Below are positions 36,135 to 55,450 of a DNA stretch of 64,000 bases, piece by piece (within the stretch, counting starts at the first letter, position 1; each line of letters opens with the position of its first letter). The notes beneath the pieces are model-generated. The model ran no database searches. It saw only the letters and a program-made list of their open reading frames with translations, and was not told the DNA's origin. Origin of the DNA: the human T2T-CHM13v2.0 reference genome, Homo sapiens; NCBI RefSeq assembly GCF_009914755.1, contig NC_060931.1; one strand, given 5' to 3'. A program made the position numbers and the translations under genes.

Positions 36135-36530
36135 GACCCCGAGACAGACAAGCACACAGAGGACCAGAGTCCTTCGACACCCTTGCCCCAGCCAGCTGCT
36201 GAGAAGAACTCGTACCTCTACTCCACGGAAATCACACTGTGGACGGTGGTGGCCGCCATTCAGGCCTTGGAGAAGAAGGTGGATTCCTGCCTGACCCGCT
36301 TGCTGACTCTGGAGGGGCGCACGGGGACAGCCGAGAAGAAGCTGGCCGACTGCGAGAAGACAGCTGTGGAGTTCGGGAACCAGCTGGAGGGCAAGTGGGC
36401 CGTGCTGGGGACCTTGCTGCAGGAGTACGGGCTGCTGCAGAGGCGGCTGGAGAATGTGGAGAACTTGCTGCGCAACAGGAACTTCTGGATCTTGCGGCTG
36501 CCCCCGGGCAGCAAGGGGGAGGCCCCCAAG
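36135..36530 (+). CDS. ZNF783: ZNF783 coding exon 2, DUF3669 domain
   Basis: gagcag acceptor, 396 nt, donor GTAGCA; DPETDKH...[17 protein letters not shown]...[10 protein letters not shown]. Confidence 0.95.
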
Positions 36531-36618
36531 GTAGCACCGGGACACCCTGGGGTGGGGGAGCTCGAGGGGCTGAGCCTGTGAGCGTGTGGGTGAGTGAGTG
36601 CGACACTTATGGTTCCAG

Positions 36619-36745
36619 GTGCCCGTGACCTTCGATGATGTGGCCGTGTATTTCTCTGAGCTGGAGTGGGGCAAGCTGGAGGACTGGCAGAAGGAGCTCT
36701 ACAAGCACGTGATGAGGGGCAACTACGAGACGCTGGTCTCCCTGG
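36619..36745 (+). CDS. ZNF783: ZNF783 coding exon 3, KRAB-A ([42 protein letters not shown])
   Basis: 127-nt exon with ttccag acceptor and GTAAGG donor. Confidence 0.95.
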
Positions 36746-36896
36746 GTAAGGCCACGGAGGGAGGATCTGGGCCTCTGTCCACAGGTTGTCTGTGGACAGT
36801 CTGTGTCTTTGCTTTGGCTTTTGGTACTTTGGGCATCTCTGCATCTCTGTGGGCATGTGGGGTCCAGCTCTTCCTCATTTCTTGTTCTGTGCACAG

Positions 36897-37022
36897 ATTA
36901 TGCAATCTCCAAACCAGACATCCTCACCCGGATAGAGAGGGGAGAGGAGCCTTGTCTTGACCGGTGGGGCCAGGAGAAGGGGAATGAAGTAGAGGTGGGA
37001 CGTCCAAGGATGATGGGCACTG
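36897..37022 (+). CDS. ZNF783: ZNF783 coding exon 4, KRAB-B-like ([19 protein letters not shown]...)
   Basis: 126-nt phase 1-1 exon; gcacag acceptor and GTAAGT donor; KPD...ERGEEP motif. Confidence 0.93.
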
Positions 37023-37314
37023 GTAAGTATAGGAGCCAGATGTGGTTGGGGGGCCGCCAGGGGCTAGCTGCACCATCGCCTACCCTCTCGGGCTTCCCAG
37101 ACAATCAGGGAGGGCAGGAAGGGAGCATAGACCATTAACCCAAAGTGGGACCACTCTGTACAAGGCCACCCTGGGCAGGAGTGGGTGGCTGGCTTGAGCC
37201 ATAGGGTTTCTATATCTGTCTGAGGTGGAACATCACACTCACCTCACGTGGTTGTGATGACTGAGTGATAAGTGTTAAGCATGTACATACTGATCACTTT
37301 ATAATAGTGGAGAC

Positions 37315-37607
<293 letters not shown>

Positions 37608-38284
37608 AATGGGGACTTAGTAATACCTCCACCAGCAGCACTGCTGCCTCCTGGCATCTTCACGTGTGTCCATGTCCCCGCTATTGCTTGTGTCCCCTAT
37701 TGCAGTCCCACAACCCCAGCCTGTGGCAGGAAGGCGTGTCACGTGCTGGCTTCCATTTGTGTACATGGCCCTTGGTAGGAGGGCCAGGCATGCCCTGTCC
37801 TTGTAGCTGGTATATAGGACAGTGGTTCCAAAGGGGACTGCACATCACAATCCTCTGGGGAGCTTTATTTTTTCAATTAAATTTTAATAAAGTAGAATAG
37901 CACAGCGAATCTCCAAATGATCGTCACCAAAACTCAACACTCTGCTGGGTTTTGCCACATGCGCTTCATCCATCTGTTTTTACCCTTTTCCTGAACAATG
38001 ACCACATACCATGATCACACCCACAGAATATCAGAATATCATCTAATACCATCTAATACCTAGCCTTTGTTTTGTTTTCCCTAGTTGTCTCAAAAATGTT
38101 TTCTATGGGTCTTTGGATCCTAATTGTAATACACCCAAGTCCACATTTTACATTTGGTTTACGTCTCTGAAGTATATTAAAAAAACTTATGACAATCCCC
38201 CCAGTCTTTTTCAACAGCTTTATTGAGATATAATTCATATACTATATAATTCACCTGTTAAAGTGTACAATTGAGTACTTTTAA

Positions 38285-40050
38285 AAAAAATTTCAACTTT
38301 TAATTTGGATATAGGCATACACCTGCGGGTTTGTTACATGGGTATATTGTGCCCAGGTAGTGAGCATAGTACCCAAGCTTTTCAATCCATTCTCCTCTCT
38401 TTCCCTTCCCCCTGTAGTAGTCCACAGTGTCTATTTTTGCCAGGTTTATGTCAATGTGTGCTCATTGTTTAGGTCCCAGTTATAAGTGAGAACATGCAAT
38501 ATTTGGTTTTCTGTTCTTGCATTAGTTCACTTAGGATTATGGCCTTCAGCTTCATGTTGCTGCACAGGACATGATTTCATTCGTTTTTATGGCTATGTAA
38601 TATTCCATGGTGTATATGTACCACATTTTCTTTATTCAGTCCACCACTGATGGACACCCAGGTTGATTCCATGTCTTTGCTATTGTGAATAACATTGTGA
38701 TGAACATACGTGTGCATGTATATTTTTGGTATAATGATCTATTTTCCTTTGGGTATATACCCAGTAACAGGATTGCTGGGTCAAATGGTAGTTCTGTTTT
38801 AAGTCCCTTGAGAAATCTTCAAACTGCTTTCCACAGTGGCTGAACTAACTTACATTCCCATCAACAGTGTATAGGCATTCCATTTTCTCTACAGCCTCAC
38901 CAGCATCTGACGGTTTTTGAGTTTTTAATAATTGCCATTCTGACTGGTGTGAGATGGTATCTCATGGTTTTGATTTACATTTCTCTGATGATTAGTGATG
39001 GTGAGCATTTTTTCATGTTTGTTGGCCGCTTGCATGTCTTCTTTTAAGAAATGTCTGTTCATGTCCTTTGCCCATTTATTGCTTGTTGATTTAAGTTCCT
39101 TATAGATGCTGGATGTTAGACCTTTGTCAGATGCATAGTTTCCAGATATTTTCTCCCATTCTGTAGGTTGTCAGCTTACTCTGTTGGTAGTTTCTTTTGC
39201 TCTGCAGAAGCTCTTTAGTTTAATTAGGTCCCACTTGTCAATTTTTGTTTTTGTTGCAGTTGCTTTTGAGGACTTAGCCAAAAATTCTTTGCCAAGGGCA
39301 ATATCGAGGAGGGTATTTCCTAGGTTTTATTCTAGAATTTTTATAATTTGAGGTCTTACATTTAAATCTTTAATCCATCTTGAGTTACTTTTTGCATATG
39401 GTGAAAGGTAAGGGTCTAGCTTCATTCTTCTGCACATGTCTAGCTAGTTACCCTAGCAACATTTTTTTTAAATTTTATTATTATTATACTTTAAGTTTTA
39501 GGGTGCATGTGCACAATGTGCAGGTTTGTTACATATGTATACATGTGCCATGTTGGTGTGCTGCACCCATTAACTCGTCACTTAGTATTAGGTATATCTT
39601 CTAATGCTATCCCTCCCCCCTCCCCCCACCCCACAACAGTCCCTGGTGTGTGATGTTCCCCTTTCTGTGTCCATGTGTTCTCATTGTTCAGTTCCCACCT
39701 ATGAGTGAGGGCATGCGGTGTTTGGTTTTTTGTCCTTGCGATAGTTTGCTGAGAATGATGGTTTCCAGCTTCATCCGTGTCCCTACAAAGGACATGAACT
39801 CATCATTTTTTATGGCTGCATAGTATTCCATGGTGTATATGTGCCACATTTTCTTAATCCAGTCTATCATTGTTGGACATTTGGGTTGGTTCCAAGTGTT
39901 TGCTATTGTGAATAGTGCTGCAATAAACATACGTATGCATGTGTCTTTATAGCAGCATGATTTATAATCCTTTGGGTATATACCCAGTAATGGGATGGCT
40001 TACCCCAGCAACATTTATTGAATAGGGAAGGGAGTCTTTTCACCATTGCA
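38285..40050 (-). mobile_element. L1PA/PB 3' fragment with a nested younger L1PA (39465-39999)
   Basis: ORF2 C-terminus in ORF 39688..39930 (MFIAALFTIANTWNQPKCP...EYYAAIK); nested element flanked by TSD TTACCCYAGCAACATTT at ~39448 and ~40000. Confidence 0.88.
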
Positions 40051-42389
40051 TTTTTTTTAGTCAGACTACAGGTGCACGCCACCATATCCGGCTAATTTTT
40101 GTATTTTTTCGTAAAGACAGAGTTTCACTATATTGCCCAGGCTGGTCTCAAACTCTTGGGCTCAAGCAGTCCACCTACTTTTGCCTCCGAAAATGCTAGT
40201 CAGCTTTTTTAGTTACCCTGAGATTCAGTCTGCACTGAAAAGGCAGAATGGATGCTTAATTCTTTCCTTTATCAGTTTCAGAATGAATGAAGAGTTGCTG
40301 CCTTAGTAGCCTCCAAAGGTGACCCATGACTTGGGCTTCTTTTTTTTCCTGAGTTAAGTTATTGTGACTTCACAGATAATTGGATATTTCATATGTGCTA
40401 GGCCTTTGCAGCCATGATTTTCCTGCTTAAACTGTCCCATCTTTAGCTAGTGGGAGCCTCTTTTTTAAGTTGGCCCATAGGTTATTCTGATGTGACCTCA
40501 GTGGCTTTCAGACACCATAAGGTGTGCCAGATTTATGTGTGTGCTTCCTGCTCCAGACCTGGAATCAAAATGTCTCTGGATTTTTGATTTCTATTGGTGA
40601 GGAGTGGTATTTAGAGATTACAATGTGAGTGTTAATTGTTGCTGATTTTTGGCACTACTTCTAGGCCTGTTCAGAAAATACATATTTTTGGAAAGAAAAA
40701 AGAAATCATGAGTTTATACATTGATATTTCTAATTCAAATTTAATGTTCTTTGGTTTTTTTTCTTGAGACGGAGCCTCGCTCTGTCGCCCAGGCTGGAGT
40801 GCGAGCTCACTCACTGCAAGCTCCACCTCCCGGGTTCATGCCATTCTCCTGCCTCAGCCTCCTGAGTAGCTGGGACTACAGGTGCCCGCCACCACGCCTG
40901 GCTAATTTTTTGTATTTTTGGTAGAGACGGGGTTTCACCGTGTTAGCCAAGATGGTCTCGATTTCCTGACCTCATGATCTGCCTGCCTCGGCCTTCCAAA
41001 GTGCTGGGATTACAGGCGTGAGCCACGGCGCCCAGCCTGGCTCTTTGATTTTATATTGTTTATCACTTTCCTTTTAGGTGGCAATCTTAAATTCTCAACG
41101 AAATTTGCATAATTTCTTAAATGATCTTATATCCAATCCTACCACTTCATTATCCTATAATTTATCTTACAATTTCAAAACAGTGAAGCCATAATACTAT
41201 TAACAATTAGACTTCCATTGAAATACAAGATTTCTTTGCAGTTCTTTTTGTCCTCTGTATACATTCTATGCAGGACTTATGGGCAAAATAATGCCTTTTA
41301 AAGTCACTTGAAATATTTTCTCTATGTAGTTATGTCACCAGCTTGGTATACAGTTGCATTCATTTGTGTATTTTTAGATTTTTTATTGATTATTCTTTTT
41401 GGTTTTTGATTTAACTTAATTTTTTGAATATGTAAGATATTTTATGTTTGCGAAGTCAAAATGATTTAACAGGGTAGATTCAAGGAAGTCTCGTTTCCAT
41501 CCTTGTGGCCTCTCACTATAGATAATCATCTTGATTCCTTTCTTATTTATACTACCATGTTTCAATAACACAGAGATATATTTGTATTCCCACCCCTGTC
41601 TTATTCAGTAGGTTGTGGAGATCACCTCATATGATTATGTACAGATCTTCCTCAGTTCTTCTGTGGATTCAGAATGTTCTGTGGTATGATAGTTTATTTA
41701 ACAGTCTGTACCTTGGACATTTAGGGTATTTCCAGTATTTTGCTGATATAAATAATGCTGCAGGGAGTACGTTGTGCATAAATCAGTTCATGTTTTTGCC
41801 AACGTATCTTTTTTTTAAATTTATTTTTTGTGAGAAGGAGTCTCACTCACTCTGTTGCCCAGGCTGGAGTGCAGTGGCACGATCTCGTCTCACTGTAATC
41901 CCTGACTCCTGGGTTCAAATGATTCTGGAGCCCCAGCCTCTGGAGTAGCTGGGACCACAGGTGTGCGCCACCACGCCTGGCTAATTTTCGTATTAGCAGA
42001 GACGGGGTTTCATCATGTTGGCCAGGCTGGTCTCTAACTCCTGACCTCAAGTGATCTACCCTCCTCAGCCTCCCAAAGTGTTGAGATTACATATGAGCCA
42101 CTGTGCCTAGCCCCAATGTATCTTTGAGATGTAATCCTGGAAGTTGGATTTCTGGGTCAAAAGGTAAATGAATATGTTATTTGGGGAGAATTTATCTCCA
42201 AATTCCCCTCCATAGGGCTCGTATCATTTGCATTCTCATCTGTGTTGTGAGAAAGGTTCTCATGCCAACAGAGGGCAAACTTGTAGGATTCTTTTCAGTG
42301 TAATAGTAAGAAGTCTGTCAGTGTAGTTTTAATGGCACCTCTCTTACTGAGTGTGGATGAGTTTTTTTTTTCCTTTAGAACTCTTTCTA

Positions 42390-45296
<2,907 letters not shown>

Positions 45297-45416
45297 TAAG
45301 TAGAGACGGGGTTTCACTGTGTTAGCCAGGATGGTCTCGATTTCCTGACCTTGTGATCCGCCCGCCTGGGCCTCCCAAAGTGCTGGGATTACAGGCATGA
45401 GCCACTACGCCTGGCC

Positions 45417-47930
<2,514 letters not shown>

Positions 47931-48214
47931 TTTCCTGCCTTAAAATGCCAGATTCTGTCATGACCTGCCTGGCGATCATTACCGTGATTTCCTGTCTGCT
48001 GAATTCCTGTGCTGCAGTTTCCTTCTGTGGGACATGAGGCTTTAGACTGGAATCTAGCTGCCAGGTATTTGGTGGGGTCCACCTCACTATCATGCCCTGT
48101 GCTGGAGCTGAGGCCCCAGGATCGCAGTGACTCTGCCTTTCCCCAGAGGGTCCCTGGTCATCTGGGCAGGAGACCTCCATGTTGTGCTCAATGTCACTGA
48201 TTTACATTCTCCAG

Positions 48215-48343
48215 GCCTCCCTCCGTATCCAGAGCACCTCACCAGCCCACTTAGCCCTGCCCAGGAGGAGCTGAAAGAAGGGCAGGCCCCCAAGCAGCAG
48301 CAGGACTCAGAGGCGAGAGTGGCCCCAGCCGGGCCAGAAGCAG
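48215..48343 (+). CDS. ZNF783: ZNF783 coding exon 5 (GLPPYPEHLTSPLSPAQEELKEGQAPKQQQDSEARVAPAGPEA)
   Basis: 129-nt phase 1-1 exon; ttctccag acceptor and GTGAGT donor; open in ORF 48127..48351. Confidence 0.88.
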
Positions 48344-49448
48344 GTGAGTGAGGACAGTGAGGCGGCAGGATGAACAGTGTCCCGAGGCAGCACGCGATCA
48401 CCAAGCGATGGTGCTGAGGAAAAGCCCTGGAAGCATGGGGCTGGGAGAGAGGGCTGGGAGACTGGTTGGGCTGGGCCGGACAGGCTTTCTGGGAAAGAGA
48501 CCCCTGAGACAGGCCTAAAAGAAGGTAGGTTTTGGCATTTTCAGCGTGAGAAAACAGTCTGTATAGAGGGGTGGGTTCCTCTGCGTGTTGGGGGCCTGGG
48601 CACATGGGTCCGGTGGAGTGAGGGGAGGGGGTAGATGGGTGTGTTGTGCCTGCCCAGGGTCTTTACGAGGGTCCCATCCACGGGGCAGTGTGTGTCCTGT
48701 GCCTAGCGCGGCGCCAGCATGGTGTTTCTCAGTAAACGCCCTCTTTCTGAAGACCTACTGGGAACTCTGGCTTTAGTCATCCTTCCAGACTTCTTTGTCT
48801 GCTTTTATTTAAAGGCAGTCCCTGCCTGTCCTTTCACAAAAGTGTATATCAGGGCATTTAGCGGAACACTTGCAAACAGTCCAGAGCTCTGTTCTCTGTC
48901 TAGTGTTCCTCTGCGGGGCTGGCTCCTCCACCTGGTCCTGCCGCTGGCCCAACTTTCAGTCTCTGGTTGCTTTCCCTGTGGTGATTTCTGGGTATCTTCC
49001 CCACTGGATCATCCTCCCTTCCCTGGGTTTCTCTTTCCAGCCAGTGTGTAAGCCTGGGCTCTGCTCATGGAGTTGGAGAGATGGGACCCTCTTAGGTGGG
49101 AAGGCAATGTTCCTGCCCCATTGCAGACCTGGAACGGTGTCCGGGAGCCTCCCAACCCTCTGTTCTTTTCAGGCTCATCAGGGTGACAGATGCTGAGGGA
49201 CAAGTCATTAGCACTGGCCTGCAGGAGTGTTGGGGACATGGCCTTCGTAGCTCTTGTCTCACCTCTGAAGCCCTCGGGACAGAAGCCCTAGGCCTCCTTT
49301 CCCTGACAGGGACTTGCGCACGTCCAGGGCTGCTGGGGAGATGGCTGTGCACGCTGCAAGCCGCGGGTGTCCAGCAGCCGGTGTTGGGAGAGGCCCTCGC
49401 CGAGTCTTTCTCACGTGGCCGCCAGCTAGCACCAGCATTTTATCTTTG

Positions 49449-50015
49449 TTTTTTTTTTTTTTTTTTTTTAAATTTTTTTTTTTTTATTGATCATTCTTGG
49501 GTGTTTCTCGCAGAGGGGGATTTGGCAGGGTCATAGGACAATAGTGGAGGGAAGTGGGGAAGTGGACACAGCACATGTTTCAGAGAGCACAGGGTTGGGG
49601 GTAAGGTCACCGATCAACAGGAACCCAAGGCAGAAGAATTTATCTTAGTACAGAACAAAATGAAAAGTCTCCCATGTCTACTTCTTTCTACACAGACACG
49701 GCAACCATCCGATTTCTCAATCTTTTCCCCACCTTTCCCCCCTTTCTATTCCACAAAACCGCCATTGTCATCCCGGCCCGTTCTCAATGAGCTGTTGGGT
49801 ACACCTCCCAGACGAGATGGTGGCTGGGCAGAGGGGCTCCTCACTTCCTAGTAGGGGTGGCCGGGCAGAGGCGCCCCTCACCTCCCGGATGGGGCGGCTG
49901 GCCGGGCGGGGGGCTGACCCCCCCACCTCCCTCCCGGACGGGGCGGCTGGCCGGGCAGAGGAGCTCCTCACTTCCCAGTAGGGGTGGCTGGGCAGAGGCG
50001 CCCCTCACCTCCCGG
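49449..50015 (-). mobile_element. 5'-truncated SVA retrotransposon (partial VNTR plus SINE-R with internal deletion)
   Basis: Poly-T, SINE-R sequence TTGATCATTCTTGGGTGTTTCTCGCAGAGG and GC-rich VNTR units; 21-bp TSD AGCACCAGCATTTTATCTTTG at 49428-49448 and 50016-50036. Confidence 0.93.
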
Positions 50016-51269
50016 AGCACCAGCATTTTATCTTTGATTAAGCCAGAAGGAGAGTCTTTAGATGGGGAGTCTCCAACCTTCCCCACCAGGGACATCCTGC
50101 CAGGCATGGGGCCTGGGGAAGAAGGGCGGAGGCACCTGTGGCCGCAGCAGAGCCCCACAGGAGTGTGGGGGCCTTTTGGGAGTGGGGTGGGGTTGGGGTT
50201 GGGTGGTGGGACCTGGTGAGGGGCTTCCTCCTGAGGGTTCTCTCCCTCCCTCTCCAGCTTCTATCTCCCTGGGGACTGTGGGGACCCAGATCAGTCTGGG
50301 GTCCTTCCTGGTCTTTCCCCATTGTGGTCTGGTCTGGCCTGGCTGGAAAGGCACTGCATGAAAACCCAGGCATCAGATCCCAGGCATGTGGTCCGATGAT
50401 GATGGAAAAGCTGTTCACGTGGTCTTGGCGTGGCTGGGCTCCCAGCCCCTCCGTGTCCACAGTCTGTGTCCCTCTGCCTAGTCTGTGCTTCCCTGAGAGG
50501 GCAGGGTGCCAGGACCCTCCCTCACATTAGGGACCCCTGAGAGCTGGGTGCTGAGACCTGGGGTCTCACGTCTCCAGCACATTGCTGTGATCACCTGCCA
50601 CTGCCTTGGTTGTCCTTGTCACTGCTGTCCCAGCAGCTCCTTGCCTCCACCCAACCTGGGAGTTGAGTGAGACTCACACAGACCCAGGCAGGAATCTCAG
50701 GTTCCAGTGCCTCCTCTCTGTCACCAGTGAGTGTAGTGGCAGACAGGTCGTGGACGCTCTGTGTGGATTTGTCATGTGGATGAGCAGCTGAGCATGGGTG
50801 CAGCACTCACCACCTCTAGTCCACAGAGGCCTCTTAGGGTGGTCTGGGGGCATGCAGGGCCCCTGGGGTTCATTGTCTTTCACAGATGGTAACTAATGTC
50901 ACCAGAACTCTTGGGGGTGGGGTCCTGCCACCCTCTCTGCTGTGCCCAGGGTCTCTGCTTCTGTGTCCCACTCCAGCTGACCCCTGACCTCTGGGCTCCC
51001 TGGCTCCTGGCCTTGCAGTTTGATCTCCCCTCCCCTGATGTCCTTAGCTTGGCCTCCAGGAATGAGGCAGATGACAACAATCAGGACTGAGTGACCGTGC
51101 AAGGCAGTGCCTGTGTGGCAGGGCTCAGTGAGCAGGACCCCTGCAATGTGCTGTGAGCACTGTGGGGAGATAGGGCCCGGGCTGAGGCTGGAAGCCAGGA
51201 CTGGGCCGAGTGACCTGGGGGACAGGGTGGTGAGGTCCACTTGGAAACCAACATAGACTCCTTTGCCAG

Positions 51270-52108
51270 GTGGTGGTGTGGCCATCAAGACAGAGGCACA
51301 GTCTGAAGACGAGATGACGCCTGAGCGGCTCTTTCTGGGGGTGTCCCGAGGCCAGACCGAGTGTAGAATCCCCCGAGGGCCCAGGAACAGGCCTGGGGGC
51401 CCCAGCCGTCATCAGGCCCAGGGCATGCCCAGGGTGCGGGCAGGGGAGCCACGGCCACCGGGGGCCAGTGGGGAGACGCCCCGAGTCCTCTCCCGCAGGC
51501 GGCAGCGGGCATTCCCCTGCCCCGACTGCGGGCAGAGCTTCCGCCTGAAGATCAATCTGACGATTCATCAGCGGACCCATGTGGAGGAGGGGCGGCAGGA
51601 GGCCCCCGGCCGCTCGCCCACCAGCTGCGGGGACAGCCAGGCCATGCTGGAGCCGGGGGAGGTGGTGGTACCCGGCCCTGTCATCCGCTGGCTCCCCGAG
51701 GAGCCTGAGGGTCGCCGCTCCGTGGCAGGGGGCCGTGCCTTGGTGGGGCGGCGGCCTGCAGCCAGCAAGATGTACCACTGCAGCGAGTGCCTGCGCTTCT
51801 TCCAGCAGCGCAAGAGCCTGCTGCTGCACCAGCGCCTGCACACCGGCAATGGCCAGGGCTGGCCCGCCTGCCCCTACTGCGGCAAGGCCTTCCGCCGGCC
51901 CTCGGACCTCTTCCGGCACCAGCGCATCCACACCGGTGAGCGGCCCTACCAGTGCCCCCAGTGTGGCCGGACCTTCAACCGCAACCACCACCTGGCCGTG
52001 CACATGCAGACCCACGCCCGAGGCCAGGTGGGCCCACACTTCCCTGCCGCCCCCGCCCGCCACGGGAGCCTGCCCCTGCCCTGGCCCAGCCGGAAGGAGG
52101 AGGGCTGA
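51270..52108 (+). CDS. ZNF783: ZNF783 last coding exon with four C2H2 zinc fingers
   Basis: ORF 51263..52108 with four C2H2 fingers and a TGERPY linker. Spliced CDS 24+396+127+126+129+839 = 1641 nt = 546 aa plus stop. Confidence 0.93.
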
Positions 52109-52621
52109 CCTGGCAGGAGCCCACAGAGGACCCCTGGCGGGGTCTCTCCCCTGTGCCTGACGCAGGTTCTTCCTTTTCCTGGGATGGAGAGAGGTTTGTT
52201 GTTTTTACCCATTCAAATGGGAAGCTAGCTGCCCTTCTGGTGACATTGTGTGTGACCGGGTGCTTTCTGTTTCCTGTTTGCACTCTTCGCTGCCTTTTCT
52301 GCATTCCTGACTTCTAAAAGATTCCTTAAGGCTTAAGGGATGCCATATTTTTGATAAGGCCTCTGGTAGGTACCACAGCCAAGAGGACCAGAGATCATGG
52401 CCCTTCCAGTATGGGGGCGATAGAGACATCGGGGACCTGGGATTTTTGTTTTGTGCAGAGATCTCCTGCCTGCTGTCACCATGAGAAACAGTGGAGTGGA
52501 GTGGATGGATGGCCTGACTTGAAGAAAGGGCCCTGGAAAGTTTTCTACTTTGCTATTTTGAAATTTTTTTCCCTTCTTATAGAGACTTTCAAGTACTTTT
52601 GTAAATGTGTGTAGTTGTTAA

Positions 52622-53043
<422 letters not shown>

Positions 53044-54740
53044 AGCCTGTGGGTTTTGATGGGGATGTCTTGGCTGCTGTCTTGGAGGCACAGTGTCTCC
53101 CCATGTGTGTGTTTCTTGGCCCAGAGTGACTCCCAGTATTCCTAGTCCTTCCCCACAGGATAGTCACATCCATTATTTACTTTTGTTGTCAGCTGGGAGG
53201 GGAAACTGAAGCCTGGACACGTCTCCCCAAGGGCTCAGTGTTCATGGGTGTGTAAGATCCATTGACTGGACCCCAGAAAGCACCCTGAGGGGCAGTGCAG
53301 AGAGAGCCCAGGAAGCCCCTCCACTAGAGGAGGCCCTTGGTCTGGCTGAGGACCACGTCCACCCTGGGCCTCCAGGCCTGCTTTTCACATTAAAGGCGGG
53401 GCAGTCTCCTCTCAAAGGAGTTCTCCCTTGAGCACTTTGGGCTCTGGGGCAGAGTTGGGCTAGGAGATCTGGGTGAATCCTTTAGTCACAGCTAGTCTCA
53501 TGTTCCTCTTCTGTCAAAGGGGTCATGGCCCCAGTGTGTCCTACCTCAGAGTTGTCAGGGTCAAAGTAACAGGCACTGGGACAAATATGAAGCCTAGCTT
53601 TGTGCTTCCTTTCAAATTCAGGGCCTCCTTTCTACTCCATTCCAGCCTTTTTTTCCTGTCAGAATCCCTCAGGAAGGACCTTTATCTTCTGGAGTGAGTG
53701 GCAGTTCCACTGGGTTCAGTGAAAGAGTCGCCCATGGGGCTCTGTTCCCCAGGAGTCCTTTGTATTTTGGTGAACAAATTCTTACCAAAGCATGAGATTC
53801 GGACTGTAGAAGTTCAGACTGCCTCAGTTCAGACTGCCTCATGGGGCAGTCTGGAGGTCAGCTGGCTTCTGGTGTCTCTCATCACACCACTGCGGACGCT
53901 GTCTGTAGAGCAGCCTTGGTGTGGGTGACTCTGAAGCTGGAGTGATGGGACCCCAGCTATCCTTGTTTTTTACCGCCTTGTCTGGCACTGTGACCACGCT
54001 TCAGGGCTGCTTCTGGGGGTCTTGGTCCCTGGATGTGCCATTTCCTTGCCCTTCTGACCCTCACACTTCTTCCAAAGTCTTGAGCAGAGTTGGGGGCCAA
54101 TGGTAGCATTGCTGTCATCTCTGGGAGGAGAGTGAGTATACAAGTCAGTGACAGTTCAGCCAGGCTCCCTTGGGTTTGGGAAGAGGCACTGCCCTTCTGT
54201 GCTGTGGATCCTGCTTGTCTGCTCTGGAGTCCCCCCACCCTTGCCAGGAGCTTCACAAACCAGAGACGGGCTGTCAGCAAGAGCTCAGACAGGATGTGGT
54301 GCAAGTGCAGGTGCACGAGTTTAACCCTCAGCTGCAGGAGCTAGTCTCAGGTGTTCTGGGGATGCCTCAGGCTAAGAATTTTGCCGACTTTCTGGGCTTG
54401 GTTGGCTAATGCCAAATGCCCCTGCTTAAATATCACAAGGTGCTGATTCTCCTTTTTTCTTTTTTTCATACCAATGTGCTCAAACTTTGAGCTAGGTCTT
54501 GTGAGTTTGCCTAGCACTCAGACCTGTTTAAGTAACGTTCTTTACATTGAAACAAGTCAACCGAAGCTTTGTGGTGCAGGAGCTGAGGGTGCCCCAGACT
54601 CAGTGGGAGCCCTGGTTGGGCCCCAAACTCTCCCAGCAGGGTCCTCGGTTTCCTCATTTGTGAAATAAATGAGTGGGCCACGACGTTAATAAGCCCAAGA
54701 GAACTGTGAAGGTGGTAGTCCCTTGCCCTAATTGGTGCTC

Positions 54741-54746
54741 AATAAA
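54741..54746 (+). terminator. ZNF783: Probable ZNF783 polyadenylation signal (a second AATAAA lies at 54664-54669)
   Basis: AATAAA followed by GT-rich sequence at the end of a ~2.6 kb 3' region. Confidence 0.6.
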
Positions 54747-54759
54747 GTTGTTGGCATAA

Positions 54760-55450
54760 ACGAGTGCGTGCGCTTGATCTGGTTTCTGCTCTCTGGGAGG
54801 TGAGTGGCCGTGCGGGGCGGTGGCAGCTGGCGACACCTGCGGGCTGTTGGGCACCAGCCCGGGGCGGGCGCTCGCACCTGTCGGGCGTGCACAAAGGCCC
54901 GGCGCACGCTGTGGGGGCGGGGCCTCCCGGGTTGGCCAATGAAAAGCTGGCACTGGGTCGGAGGCGCCAGCCAAGTGGGGGGCGGAGCTTCCACCACCGG
55001 CCAATGGGGATCTGGCTTCGGGATGTGGGCGGGGTCCACCCGGTCGCAACCCGTTGAGTCTCTGCACAGCTGCCGCGCTGACGCGTTTTCCGCGTGTCCC
55101 GAGCCCCGGCGGCCCCGCGAGCTCGGTCCGTGCGGGGAAAGCAGGGCTGACGCCGTCTGCGGAGAGGACTGCGCAGCCGGGCTTGTGTGGGGCCGCGCGT
55201 AACGGCAGCGGCTACTCCCTGCCCAGGCCGGCCAGCACAGGGCCATGGCCGAGGCGGCTGCGCCTCCGGTAAGGGCGACCCTCATGGAGGCTTGGGGACG
55301 TGGAGCCGAGTCCTGAATTCGCCAGGAGGATGTTCCACCCCCCACCATCTCCGGCGACCTCCTGGAACTGGGGAGGGCTCAGCCCGGGTGGCAGGAGGAG
55401 GACAAGGACTCCTAAGGCCACACGATAAACGCCCTTCTCGCTCTCCGTTT
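54760..55450 (+). promoter_or_regulatory. CpG-island promoter of the third (disabled) paralogue
   Basis: GC boxes at 54913-54922 and ~54978; CCAAT at 54936-54940 and 55001-55005; CpG-rich; ATG at 55245. Confidence 0.8.

Noticed and set aside
36018-36856. Similar antisense ORFs opposite all three DUF3669 exons
   Set aside because: Explained by the sense-strand nucleotide identity and codon bias; no independent evidence.
49310-49536. In-frame cryptic acceptor after ZNF783 exon 5 running into the SVA tail
   Set aside because: No donor or poly(A) support; the peptide degenerates into poly-Phe.
51125-52063. 312-aa antisense ORF and 193-aa alternative-frame ORF over the ZNF783 finger exon
   Set aside because: Typical shadow ORFs of high-GC3 coding sequence.
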